A stretch of 48,281 nucleotides of DNA from Candidatus Haladaptatiplasma halalkaliphilum (lineage in GTDB: Archaea > Thermoplasmatota > Thermoplasmata > Halarchaeoplasmatales > Halarchaeoplasmataceae). Below are positions 8,701 through 16,023 of the stretch, piece by piece; the first letter of the stretch is position 1; each line of letters begins with the position of its first letter. Location: positions 1 through 48,281 of the forward strand of contig JAFDTY010000001.1 of NCBI GenBank assembly GCA_019594055.1. The letters are read 5' to 3'. Below the pieces are notes generated by a model. It searched no databases. It worked only from the letters and a program-made list of their open reading frames with translations, and had not been told where the DNA came from. The position numbers and the translations under genes are program-made.

Positions 8701-11160
8701 GTATTCAGGGAAGGGGACCTGAGGCTTAAAGACGTTGATTCCACAGTACGCGAGCTCGAGATAGCCAGACTGGTTAACCGCCGGGGTATATCCCGGGAGG
8801 GCGAGTATCGATACGCTCCCCTGCCGCCCAGCACCCTGGACACGGAATCGGTGGAACGGGTCATCCGCAAGTACCTGGTCCACGAAGCTCCCAGGAGCCT
8901 CGATGAAATATCCTTCGCACTTGCCATGCCCGAGGACAGGGCCCTCGCCGCCCTTGACAATCTGGTGGAGCAGGGAAGGGTGGTCTCGGGAAAATTGGTG
9001 ATAGGCGAGGGGAAACAATACATGCTCCAGGAAGACTATCACGAACTCCGTTTTCCGGGTAAGGAGCGTGTTTCGGAGGAAGCTATCACCGGATATCTAT
9101 ACGGTAAAAATTTTGCGCCCCTTGCATCCATAGACGAGTACTTCGATAAATTCGGGGAGGCCAGCAGCCCCTTGGAAGTCTTCCAGCGGGTGGAAAACTT
9201 TTCCATGGAACGGTGGAATGAAATGCGTAAACGGGGGGAGATAGTGGAGGGACGGTTCCTGAACGGCAGGGTGTCCTATGTTAAAGGGGAGGACGTACCC
9301 CTTTACGTGGGCGCATACAGGCTGGAGGCCCTCACGGAAAAAGAGCTCGAGATATTGGAACTCGTAAGGAAGGGCAGGGCTAATACCCTACGAGAGTTGA
9401 AGAAAGCCAGCAGACTATCGGGGGATGAGGTCAAGGAAACGGTGAATAAACTGGACACCAATCTCTACCTGTACAGGGAGTTCACCGGTGACGAGGGCTG
9501 GTCTTCCACAAACACCTACCGGGTGCTGGACACGGAACCCGTTGACAGGAAGATCGCGGTGGAACGGATGATAACCCGCTTCCTGAAGGGAAACGGACCC
9601 GTCCTTTTGAACGATCTGTACTACCATACGGGCCTGGGGGTATCCGAGGTGGAACCGGTTCTCACGGAAAAATTGATGGCAGGGCAGGTGGTAAAGGTTA
9701 AAGTGGGTGATTCGCACAGGGAGATGTACCTGAACGGGGAGGAGCTGGACGAACTTTATTCCACCGGAGGAACAAGGGACGGCCATGAGGTGAGGATACT
9801 TTCCCGCAGCGACCCCTACACCAGACCCATGTGGGCCGAGATATATTCCAGGTACGGTGACGACTGGATATACCCGATAGTGAGTAACGGAAGGGTGGTG
9901 GGTTGCGTGGAGAAATGGATGATGAGCGGTTGTGTCGAGATACGTCATCTTGACCTGGATAACGAAAGCCTTCTTGATCAGGTTTTACGATGTATGGACG
10001 AGCTCATGGAATTTCACCGCTTGGAAGGCTACGATATAGTACGCATCAAACATTTCAACAATAGGCCACCGGCGGAGGCCGACCAACTGACGCTAAAAAC
10101 ATTCCTCGGAAGCGGTTACGAGATGATACAGGGGATGCTGGTCAAGGGAAATATCGTCACCCATACTTTTTCGGAACATGAGATACTCTCCTACGTTTTC
10201 CATAAACAGGGCCTGGCGGATAACCCCTACCGGAATTCAAGGGAGGCCGTTTCCGCCATGAAGGGCCTCCGTTCCGATCTGGAACTGAGGGCAAGGGTAA
10301 AGGAATTCTCTTCCGTGGAATGGCTTCACAGAAGGGGTGAGGTGCTGGCGGGGAAGATGATACCCCCTTACCTGATGTATGCACTGCCCGAGGATGCCGC
10401 TGTATACAGGCTGGCCAAGGGCGTAAAGCCCAACAGGGCCATGAGGTTAGTACTGGAAATAGTAAGTGAGAAGGAGCCCGTACCCCTTGGCACCATCTAC
10501 CACCTGTCTCACCTGGACAGGGACGAGACAAAGTCCGCCGTGGACGAGCTCTACAACAGTTTCATGATAGCCAGGGACAATTCCAACAGGTTCTTCCACG
10601 TCCACCCGGCGGACATGGAGCCCCGGGAAGCGAAGAAACGGGTGGTGGAATGGTCCTTCCGTAACTTCGGTATCTTCAGCGCCGAGCGCCTGTCAATGTA
10701 CCTGGGCCCGGATTATCCCATGGGTGAGATAAGGGAGATCCTTGCCCAATTGGTCAACGAAAAAATCCTTTCAAAGGGATTCCTGAAGGAGGGGGATGAC
10801 ACGGTACACTGGATACTAGCTGATGACCTGGACATGGTGAAAGGCCTGGACTTCCAGGGAGGGATGGTGGTACCAACCTCCGACCGCCTTAACCTCTACC
10901 TCAGGGATGAGATATCCGTCAGGTTCGACCTTGGGGCGTGCAACGTGGTATTCTCCGGTACCGAGATGGTGGCCGGGTTCAACGCCCTTCGAAGGGATAG
11001 ATCACTGCGTATAAAGGAGTACGAAGGTTCACAGAAACACAAGCTCACCGTCAGGGACTGGGCCTACAGGAACAATATGGGTATAAAGGAAAAGGAGACC
11101 AGGAAAAGGGTGTCGGATTACGAAGTCCGTAAATGGTACGAGCGTACCAGGGGTATATAG
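5779..11160 (+). CDS. lhr: Lhr-family superfamily-2 DNA helicase with a very long C-terminal extension (1793 aa)
   Basis: Helicase motifs present are Walker A SSPTGSGKT, a DEIH box (FIMDEIHD), SAT (GLSATQ) and motif VI QRVGRAGH. The Lhr-specific region includes PSWSGEMLP. About 900 further residues contain two YcaQ/AlkZ-like segments (see findings). ATG 5779 is preferred over the GTG at 5746. Confidence 0.85.
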   Translation: MVIRVKDRKEKETVLDLMEPLIARWFDAKFEHLTEPQGYAIPLIHERKNVLVSSPTGSGKTLTAFLAIINELFTLGKKGELEDRIYCVYVSPLRALANDIHKNLEEPLEEIRAMAKEEGMKVPEIRTAIRSGDTPQSERRKMVLKPPHILVATPESLALILSSPRFRESFDGVQYFIMDEIHDICSSKRGSFLSLNVERLEAHVKGEMTRIGLSATQAPIEAIGEFLGGYVNGKPREVNIIEVLAEKSLDLSVISPVDDMTRLPYEVVNSHMYDLLKDMVDEHRTTLIFTNTRSGAESVSYKLQERQVRDIAAHHGSLSKETRLTVEEDLREGELVAAVSSTSLELGIDVGYIDLVLQVGSPKSVAKGLQRVGRAGHGVGQTSKGRMIVFEKDDLVECAVLTREALNHNIDRVNIPENNLDVLAQTLVGMSLEKRWGVDEAFSVIKNSYCYRGLEKGDYIKVLEYLGGEGGSNIYSKIWYNKEQETFGKKGGAQLIYYLNIGTIPSDSSYRVFSEKGVPLGKLSDKFVERLTSGDVFILGGHSYEFMHTRGTRLFVRGATGKKPTVPSWSGEMLPRSYDLSKAVGRFRRVLEGRLHEDMVPWLMEEYHIDGGSANTIQSYFREQEAFSPRMPTDRRVLIEGYTDQNNRYNLIFHACFGRRVNDTLSRAYAYMISRRYNCSTKVSVTDDNFLIATGKKVPPEEVPGLVTSENVESTIKRAVRRTELFNQRFLHCAGRGFMILRNYKGREISVSKQKMRSGKLLELLEEYPDHPMIKETYNEILFQVLDLKNAMDVLLEMESGSMEVCTYDYNETPSPFAHNVVMVGISDVVMMEDRSALLRQFHQRVLERVFTREEIEKFQFKREDVEEYYLRKRPYFNTKEGMLEVIREMGPLRVFTERGNNIYLYTDRTFEEVRVWGRELLNEGSIQSIWMNESKWVTTEEVPVYLSCLDRGIAPRESQVMASLAREPKTKREVFREGDLRLKDVDSTVRELEIARLVNRRGISREGEYRYAPLPPSTLDTESVERVIRKYLVHEAPRSLDEISFALAMPEDRALAALDNLVEQGRVVSGKLVIGEGKQYMLQEDYHELRFPGKERVSEEAITGYLYGKNFAPLASIDEYFDKFGEASSPLEVFQRVENFSMERWNEMRKRGEIVEGRFLNGRVSYVKGEDVPLYVGAYRLEALTEKELEILELVRKGRANTLRELKKASRLSGDEVKETVNKLDTNLYLYREFTGDEGWSSTNTYRVLDTEPVDRKIAVERMITRFLKGNGPVLLNDLYYHTGLGVSEVEPVLTEKLMAGQVVKVKVGDSHREMYLNGEELDELYSTGGTRDGHEVRILSRSDPYTRPMWAEIYSRYGDDWIYPIVSNGRVVGCVEKWMMSGCVEIRHLDLDNESLLDQVLRCMDELMEFHRLEGYDIVRIKHFNNRPPAEADQLTLKTFLGSGYEMIQGMLVKGNIVTHTFSEHEILSYVFHKQGLADNPYRNSREAVSAMKGLRSDLELRARVKEFSSVEWLHRRGEVLAGKMIPPYLMYALPEDAAVYRLAKGVKPNRAMRLVLEIVSEKEPVPLGTIYHLSHLDRDETKSAVDELYNSFMIARDNSNRFFHVHPADMEPREAKKRVVEWSFRNFGIFSAERLSMYLGPDYPMGEIREILAQLVNEKILSKGFLKEGDDTVHWILADDLDMVKGLDFQGGMVVPTSDRLNLYLRDEISVRFDLGACNVVFSGTEMVAGFNALRRDRSLRIKEYEGSQKHKLTVRDWAYRNNMGIKEKETRKRVSDYEVRKWYERTRGI

Positions 11161-11177
11161 GAAAAAGGGGAAAGGGT
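11161..11177 (-). terminator. Variant of the post-stop motif (TAA-ACCCTTTCCCCTTTTTC) in the 17-nt spacer between convergent genes
   Basis: On the minus strand, directly after the TAA stop (11180-11178) of the bactofilin-like gene, the sequence reads ACCCTTTCCCCTTTTTC. The same 17 nt form the whole gap to the lhr stop at 11160. Confidence 0.35.
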
Positions 11178-12062
11178 TTACAGCTGCTCACGATTCTTAA
11201 CCGATGCGGATTCGTGGACCTTTATGTCCTTGCCGCGAACGGTACCGACCTTGCAGCCGGGGCCTATCTTGACCACGTTTCCTTCCACCAGGTCCACCGT
11301 GGTGGCCTCAAGGTATATGTTGTCGCCCTTGATGCTTTTCGCGGTCAACTTTCCCTTCTTGACGAAAGACAGGAATCCTCCGCCTCCGCCGGCTTCCACC
11401 AGTACGTCGCCGCCCTTGATGTGTCCAACACGGCAATCCGCTCCGGGTTTCAGGATTATCTCGGAGCCTGTCAGGGTGCCCTCCACGGCGAAGGCACCGC
11501 TTCCCTTGAAGGTCCGGGCAAGGATGTTCTGCACCGCCTTGAAGGCTCCCGAGGTTTCCATCTCGTCGACCACTATGTCACTCTCGAATTTCGTGGCGCC
11601 GCTGCTTTCGATCCGGTCCGCCTTTACAGCCCCTTCGAACTTCGACGCACCGGATAGATCCATATAGCCCGCCTCTGTCTTTCCTTCCACTTTTATACTG
11701 CCCCCTGTGTTGAGTTTCTTTACCACAAGGTCACCTTCGATCTTGGTGGAACCGGATATCTTTGCTTCCCTGGCACGTAGGTTTCCTTCGACCTTTGAGG
11801 CTCCCGAGGACGAGAAGTACTCGCAGTTGCACTCCTTTATCTTCCTTGCTCCGGTAAGGCGGACATTTTTCGTGACGGTTTCGACGGCCTCACCTTCGAT
11901 CTCATCCATGTCGTCTTCCATGTCATCTTCCAATTCCTCCTCCTTGAAGGATTCCTTGGCCTCGTACCTGGACTTGATCTTGAGGTATGTGTCCTCGGAT
12001 ATCTCGCCATTGGCGAGCCTTTCTTCCAGCTTTTTCAGCATCTCTTCATCCATTGGGATCAT
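11178..12062 (-). CDS. Bactofilin-like (polymer-forming beta-helix) protein with an N-terminal SHOCT-like helix and an acidic linker
   Basis: The N-terminus LKKLEERLANGEISEDTYLKIKSRYE resembles the SHOCT motif. It is followed by the acidic stretch EEELEDDMEDDMDEIEGE. About 200 aa of degenerate repeats of the type SGASKVEGNL / SGSTKIEGDL / GGSIKVEGKT / SGASKFEGAV / SGATKFESDI / SGAFAVEGTL then follow, typical of bactofilin/DUF583 beta-helices. Confidence 0.6.
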   Translation of the reverse strand: MIPMDEEMLKKLEERLANGEISEDTYLKIKSRYEAKESFKEEELEDDMEDDMDEIEGEAVETVTKNVRLTGARKIKECNCEYFSSSGASKVEGNLRAREAKISGSTKIEGDLVVKKLNTGGSIKVEGKTEAGYMDLSGASKFEGAVKADRIESSGATKFESDIVVDEMETSGAFKAVQNILARTFKGSGAFAVEGTLTGSEIILKPGADCRVGHIKGGDVLVEAGGGGGFLSFVKKGKLTAKSIKGDNIYLEATTVDLVEGNVVKIGPGCKVGTVRGKDIKVHESASVKNREQL

Positions 12063-12155
12063 CTCTTTCTTGGTTCATGTTAACTATAACGCACCGGAAG
12101 TATATATACTATCTTCAAGATATTATTAGATAGATTCAACTTTGGGGTGGACAAG

Positions 12156-12173
12156 TTCAACTTTGAAGTTGAA
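12156..12173. promoter_or_regulatory. Perfect palindrome TTCAACTT-TG-AAGTTGAA, putative operator next to the ArsR-gene TATA
   Basis: The palindrome has 8-bp arms and a 2-nt spacer. A half-site copy TTCAACTTTG lies at 12135-12144. It is immediately followed by the TATA-like AAAGTTTATTTATC (12174-12187), about 20-30 nt upstream of ATG 12207. Confidence 0.4.
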
Positions 12174-12206
12174 AAGTTTATTTATCACTAGTTCATTTAC
12201 CTCGTG

Positions 12207-12641
12207 ATGAAAACCTTTACCGAAGAGTTGCTACGCTTGTTCTCATCCAAGACGAGGTGTACCATACTCGAGCTCATGGCAAAAGGTTACGATCACCCCG
12301 AAGATCTGGCGAAGAAGCTCGATCTTACCCGGCAAGGGATAGACAAACATCTCATCGAACTCCACGACTGGGGGTTGCTGGAGAGGAATGCAATATTCCC
12401 TCCGGACGGTCGTCCCAAGATAGTTTACGAGCTTACCGGTGAATGCCGCCAGCTCCTTTCGGCACTGGAAAAGGTGGGTGAAAGTTACAAAGAATCCATG
12501 ATCGATCGGGCCGAGACTGAGATGGGCAATCTCGACACCAGGCTGGCGGACGGAGAGCTTGACGAGGAATTGTACTATCGTAAGGTGAGGGACATAAAGA
12601 AGCGGTGGAGATATCACATATTGAAGAACGAAAAAGATTAA
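12207..12641 (+). CDS. ArsR-family winged-helix transcriptional regulator with a C-terminal coiled-coil tail
   Basis: The segment LFSSKTRCTILELMAKGYDHPEDLAKKLDLTRQGIDKHLIELHDWGLLERN...RPKIVYELT has the ArsR/SmtB HTH-wing layout. It is transcribed divergently from the bactofilin-like gene. Confidence 0.75.
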   Translation: MKTFTEELLRLFSSKTRCTILELMAKGYDHPEDLAKKLDLTRQGIDKHLIELHDWGLLERNAIFPPDGRPKIVYELTGECRQLLSALEKVGESYKESMIDRAETEMGNLDTRLADGELDEELYYRKVRDIKKRWRYHILKNEKD

Positions 12642-12674
12642 TACGTTGTACCAATCAACTGCCTAATCATCGTT

Positions 12675-12786
12675 GCCACTGTGGCTTAGAGGCATAGCGA
12701 TTCCTTGGTATGTAACGGCGATCTCATACATTTCGTCCAAACACCCAAAAAGGAATAGGTCGTGGGTTCAAATCCCACCAGTGGCT
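12675..12786 (+). tRNA. tRNA-Thr(GGU) with a ~40-nt intron at the canonical 37/38 position (12711-12750)
   Basis: The acceptor stem pairs GCCACTG with CAGTGGC, and the discriminator is T. The T arm is GTGGG-TTCAAAT-CCCAC and the anticodon stem is ATTCC/GGAAT. The first six loop nucleotides TTGGTA are followed by 40 extra nt before A-GGAAT. The mature length is 72 nt. I did not verify the exact intron boundaries or the BHB fold. Confidence 0.7.
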
Positions 12787-12799
12787 TCTTTTTTTCGTA

Positions 12800-13099
12800 A
12801 TGAGTATAATAGCAGGCTTGCCAGTGCTAAAAGAGTCACATATTAACAGATACTTCAGCGCAATTAAAACCCTTGCGGCAGTCCTCATAGTTGTAGGTTG
12901 GTTTCTTTTAATGTTAGGTGCCCCAGCTCTTTTTTGGGGAGACATTACCTTCCTTGAAGAGCCATTTTTTTTCTGGATTCTGTTTATTGGGGGCCTTTTG
13001 ATGATTACCGGACTCCTTATATGGATAAATGGAGCATTAGAAAAGCAAACTCATTACCTTTTGACGAATGGTAAAAGGACAAGAGGAGATGATAACTAG
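12800..13099 (+). CDS. Small hypothetical membrane protein (99 aa, 2 TM) in an AT-richer islet
   Basis: This is the only ORF of any size in 12787-13730. Hydrophobic spans are LAAVLIVVGWFLLMLGAPALFW and FFFWILFIGGLLMITGLLIWI. I recognise no family, so coding status is uncertain. Confidence 0.35.
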   Translation: MSIIAGLPVLKESHINRYFSAIKTLAAVLIVVGWFLLMLGAPALFWGDITFLEEPFFFWILFIGGLLMITGLLIWINGALEKQTHYLLTNGKRTRGDDN

Positions 13100-13341
13100 T
13101 AGGCCATGAGCAAAAAATTGTGTTTAATTCCTCAGATGCGTGTTTTTCTGATATCTGTATTACTCCCGCCCATATCCATACAAGAAACTCATCACTGTTT
13201 TCGTAGGGGTTATTCTTACCTTCTTATCACACGTTGTTACTATCGTAGAAATCTACATTGCATCCCATCGTTTGACACCAAGACGTAGATGGGTTTCAAA
13301 ACAAAAGTTACTTACGTGTTCTACTCTCCGAAGTACTGATG

Positions 13342-13388
13342 TTGCAGTTACTACAACATATTTCCACTATCTATTGCAGTTACTACAA
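13342..13388. repeat. 15-nt direct repeat TTGCAGTTACTACAA x2 (period 32)
   Basis: Copies lie at 13342-13356 and 13374-13388, in non-coding DNA of the islet downstream of tRNA-Thr. Confidence 0.9.
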
Positions 13389-13739
13389 TATACCGAGTTA
13401 ACTTGGCCCGGGCCCTGTAGAAAACTGGTGAAGTGGCCGTCGGAAACTACGTTTCATAATACCGATAAAAGCTAGTTTTGTAGAAAAGGTGGAATCCATG
13501 ATCCCTTCATATCGCCCCGCTTCCAGTGGGAATCCCACCAGCTGATGAAAACACATACTACTACTTTGAATGGTGCAAATTGACAGGCGGGCCATTTTCT
13601 CACGGCTTATCAAATAAGTTCACAACTCGGAGCTTGCCTTTTTAGACTGAACAGTCGCCGCCGAGTAAACCTGCCTCTAGGGTAAAACTCAGACTAACAT
13701 AACCTGAAATCGGAGGGAATAGGGACGGTGGTTGCCGGC

Positions 13740-14054
13740 TCAGAACAACGATCCGAGGCCGGCAGCAGCTTCTTCTTTCTCCTTGTCTTCGTCTCTATCT
13801 TCTTCTTCCTCTTCTTCTTCCTTATCCTCGGCTGGTGACGCCGCCGCAGGGGCAGCCACAGTCGTTGCCACGGGCATAGCGATGCCTTCCTTGATGGCCT
13901 CGTCTATATCGATTCCTTCCAGGCAGGCCGTCAGGGCCTTTATCCTTGATTCGTCCGGTTCTATTCCGACAGCTTTAAGGATATTCGATATACCGTCTTC
14001 GCTTATCTCTTTGCCCGCCGAATGAAGCACCATTGCGCTGTACACATATTCCAT
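13740..14054 (-). CDS. rpl12: 50S ribosomal stalk protein aP1 (L12)
   Basis: The sequence [41 protein letters not shown]...[26 protein letters not shown] has the characteristic archaeal P1 N-domain, an Ala/Pro hinge, an acidic tail and a GLGSLF end. Confidence 0.92.
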   Translation of the reverse strand: MEYVYSAMVLHSAGKEISEDGISNILKAVGIEPDESRIKALTACLEGIDIDEAIKEGIAMPVATTVAAPAAASPAEDKEEEEEEEDRDEDKEKEEAAAGLGSLF

Positions 14055-14078
14055 ATTTATGCCTCCTATTATATCTAT

Positions 14079-15026
14079 CTATTGATCTTCGGTATCCTCT
14101 TGGGATTCTTTTTTGTCATTTGCAGTTTTATCATCCATATCCAGGGCCTTCAATATATGGTCGTCCAGGGCATCACGATCCAGTTTCTTGGATAGGGCCA
14201 ACATCCTCATGTGTGCCTCGGATAGCTTGAGTTTGATGGTCTCCCGGACTATCATGTCAGAGTTCATGGCCAGGCTGAATGCGTCCTTGCTTGCCTTGCT
14301 CAGCAGGATCCTGATGTTATCCCTTGTGGGATAAGACGCATTTACCGATAAGCTGAAAGCATCGCCGGCGCATTTTTTTATGGCGTCGAGGAACTCTTCC
14401 GGGTTCACATCGAGTATCTCTTTATCGAAGAGGGTCCCGTTTTCGTAAGCGACCCTGAGGTTCAAGCCCACTATCACAGGGTTGATATCAAGTCTGGTGA
14501 GCATCTTTGCAAGGTCGGAATCTATCACCTCTCCTTTTTTGACCACCACCTTTGTTTTGTTAATCACAACCTTGCCTGATTGGATGGAAGCCGGAATGCC
14601 CACCTTCTGGAGCTCGCCCACGACGGGTCCCGGTTTGAAGGGTGTGTTTCCCTTCATGACCTTTATGTTTTCCGGGGCGATCTCACCTCCGCTGGCTGGG
14701 GCGTTGGTCTTGGTAGCCTCCATACGGTTGAAGAGTTTGAACGGGTTGATGTCAGTGGCCACCAGGGCGGTCTGACCGCTGAGGTGTTCCTTCAGCCTGT
14801 CTATGCCTTCCCTTTCCTCAACCACCTTATCCAGGGCTCTTTCTATAAATGTATTCCTGGAGATGGTCAGGTCGATGATGCCCCTCAGTTTAGACCGTAT
14901 TTGCTGGAACTGGAATGCCGGTATACCCTCTATATCCACCACGGCAACCACAGGGCTGGTTCTGAGTAGCTCGGTCAGCTTTTCCACTTCATCCTTTTTC
15001 CAAACAGGTATCTCATGCATGGTCAT
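14079..15026 (-). CDS. rpl10: 50S ribosomal protein uL10 (P0)
   Basis: A 315-aa ORF sits between L1 and L12 in the conserved operon order. The N-terminus reads IPVWKKDEVEKLTELLRTSPVVAVVDIEGIPAFQFQQIRSKLRG and the tail is acidic. Confidence 0.9.
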   Translation of the reverse strand: MTMHEIPVWKKDEVEKLTELLRTSPVVAVVDIEGIPAFQFQQIRSKLRGIIDLTISRNTFIERALDKVVEEREGIDRLKEHLSGQTALVATDINPFKLFNRMEATKTNAPASGGEIAPENIKVMKGNTPFKPGPVVGELQKVGIPASIQSGKVVINKTKVVVKKGEVIDSDLAKMLTRLDINPVIVGLNLRVAYENGTLFDKEILDVNPEEFLDAIKKCAGDAFSLSVNASYPTRDNIRILLSKASKDAFSLAMNSDMIVRETIKLKLSEAHMRMLALSKKLDRDALDDHILKALDMDDKTANDKKESQEDTEDQ

Positions 15027-15030
15027 CCCC

Positions 15031-15669
15031 TCACATCACCCTTACCGCAGGGCCCATGGTGGTTTTAAGATATATGCTATGTATGTTCTGAGTGCCCTTT
15101 TCAAGGTCTTCCGTTATGCGTTTGATCACGGTTTCCAGGTTTTCCGATATCTTTTCGGGGCCCATGTCTACGGTACCTATGGGCGCGTGGAACGTCTTCT
15201 TGTCCCTGGATCTTATCCTCACCGTATTTCTAAGGGTGTTCACCGTGCTGTCAAGGTCCATGTTGGGTGTGAAAGGCATGGGCATCTTACCCTTGGGGCC
15301 CAGGATCGCACCCAGATTCTTACCGATCACCGGCATCAACGGTGGCTCGGCGATGAAGAAGTCATGCTCCTCGGCGAACTTTCTTGCCACCCTCTTGTCG
15401 TCAGCGAGTTCCTTTAGGCGATCCGGTTCTATAACTGTATCGACCTTCTTTTTAGCCTGTAGTGCCAGATCACCGCTTCCGAAAACACCTATCTTCAAGG
15501 GTCTTCCCCTTCCGTGGGGAAGAAGTATCTCCTGATCAACCCTGTTCTCGGGTTTGGTCAGGTCCAAATCTTTCAGATTGAAGGCTACCTCGACACTTTC
15601 GGTAAAATTCCTTTCGGGAGCCTTTTCCAGGGTCTTTTTTACGACCGCCAATAACTTTTCATTTGCCAA
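15031..15669 (-). CDS. rpl1: 50S ribosomal protein uL1
   Basis: A 212-aa ORF contains FTESVEVAFNLKDLD...RGRPLKIGVFGSGD...KTFHAPIGTVDM...IHSIYLKTTMGPAVRV. The start is TTG at 15669, preceded by GGAGG 8 nt upstream. A TATA-like CCTTTATATACG lies about 80 nt upstream. Confidence 0.9.
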   Translation of the reverse strand: MANEKLLAVVKKTLEKAPERNFTESVEVAFNLKDLDLTKPENRVDQEILLPHGRGRPLKIGVFGSGDLALQAKKKVDTVIEPDRLKELADDKRVARKFAEEHDFFIAEPPLMPVIGKNLGAILGPKGKMPMPFTPNMDLDSTVNTLRNTVRIRSRDKKTFHAPIGTVDMGPEKISENLETVIKRITEDLEKGTQNIHSIYLKTTMGPAVRVM

Positions 15670-15828
15670 TGTTGACGCCTCCTGTAGTACAAAAGGTACA
15701 TCAAAGTACCTCCTACATGGTGGGGTATCATCCTCAGTATGGGTTCGTATATAAAGGTTACGTTCACGACTCTTTCACCCCTTGGCATATACCACAGGTG
15801 GAAAGGTCCGCAAAGTGTAATATTACCG

Positions 15829-15981
15829 TTAAAGATGTCTTTTTCTGCAGTTTTTATCGTATTCACAGATCTTGTTGTAGTCATGTATGGTGGTGTCATG
15901 GCTGCAAAAACCACCGCAAGTGGCGATACGGGGTATATCCTTCTTGGGTTCGGAAGGGTGATCACCCTTTCCCATAGCCAT
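15829..15981 (-). CDS. Possible 50-aa Cys-rich small protein (below the ORF-track size cutoff)
   Basis: The minus-strand ORF reads MAMGKGDHPSEPKKDIPRIATCGGFCSHDTTIHDYNKICEYDKNCRKRHL, with a CxxxC...CxxxxxC pattern. CCGCCTTTTTATAC (BRE/TATA-like) lies about 25-30 nt upstream of the ATG, which is a leaderless-style layout. I recognise no homology. Confidence 0.25.
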   Translation of the reverse strand: MAMGKGDHPSEPKKDIPRIATCGGFCSHDTTIHDYNKICEYDKNCRKRHL

Positions 15982-16023
15982 AATCGTAGCTGTTATCAGT
16001 ATAAAAAGGCGGTAATAAAACGT

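Noticed and set aside
12711-12750. The tRNA-Thr intron, examined for an embedded C/D-box sRNA or an ORF.
   Set aside because: It is only 40 nt, has no TGATGA/CTGA boxes and has no coding capacity. It is treated as an ordinary archaeal tRNA intron.
13541-13600. A CTGATGA motif, considered as the C box of a C/D-box sRNA. TGATGA at about 29497-29502 was also checked.
   Set aside because: No downstream CTGA D box or terminal pairing lies within 40-70 nt, and the 5' nucleotide is not a purine. The evidence is insufficient.
13770-13840. A GAA/GAG-rich simple repeat, together with the Ser-rich plus-strand ORF at 13732-14025.
   Set aside because: The repeat encodes the normal poly-Glu/Asp acidic tail of ribosomal stalk protein P1 on the minus strand. 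The plus ORF is its antisense shadow.
15639-15977. ORFs upstream of rpl1, examined as a possible rpl11.
   Set aside because: Neither the 108-aa minus ORF nor the plus ORFs show any L11-like sequence (no PPVGPALG-type block). rpl11 appears to be encoded elsewhere.
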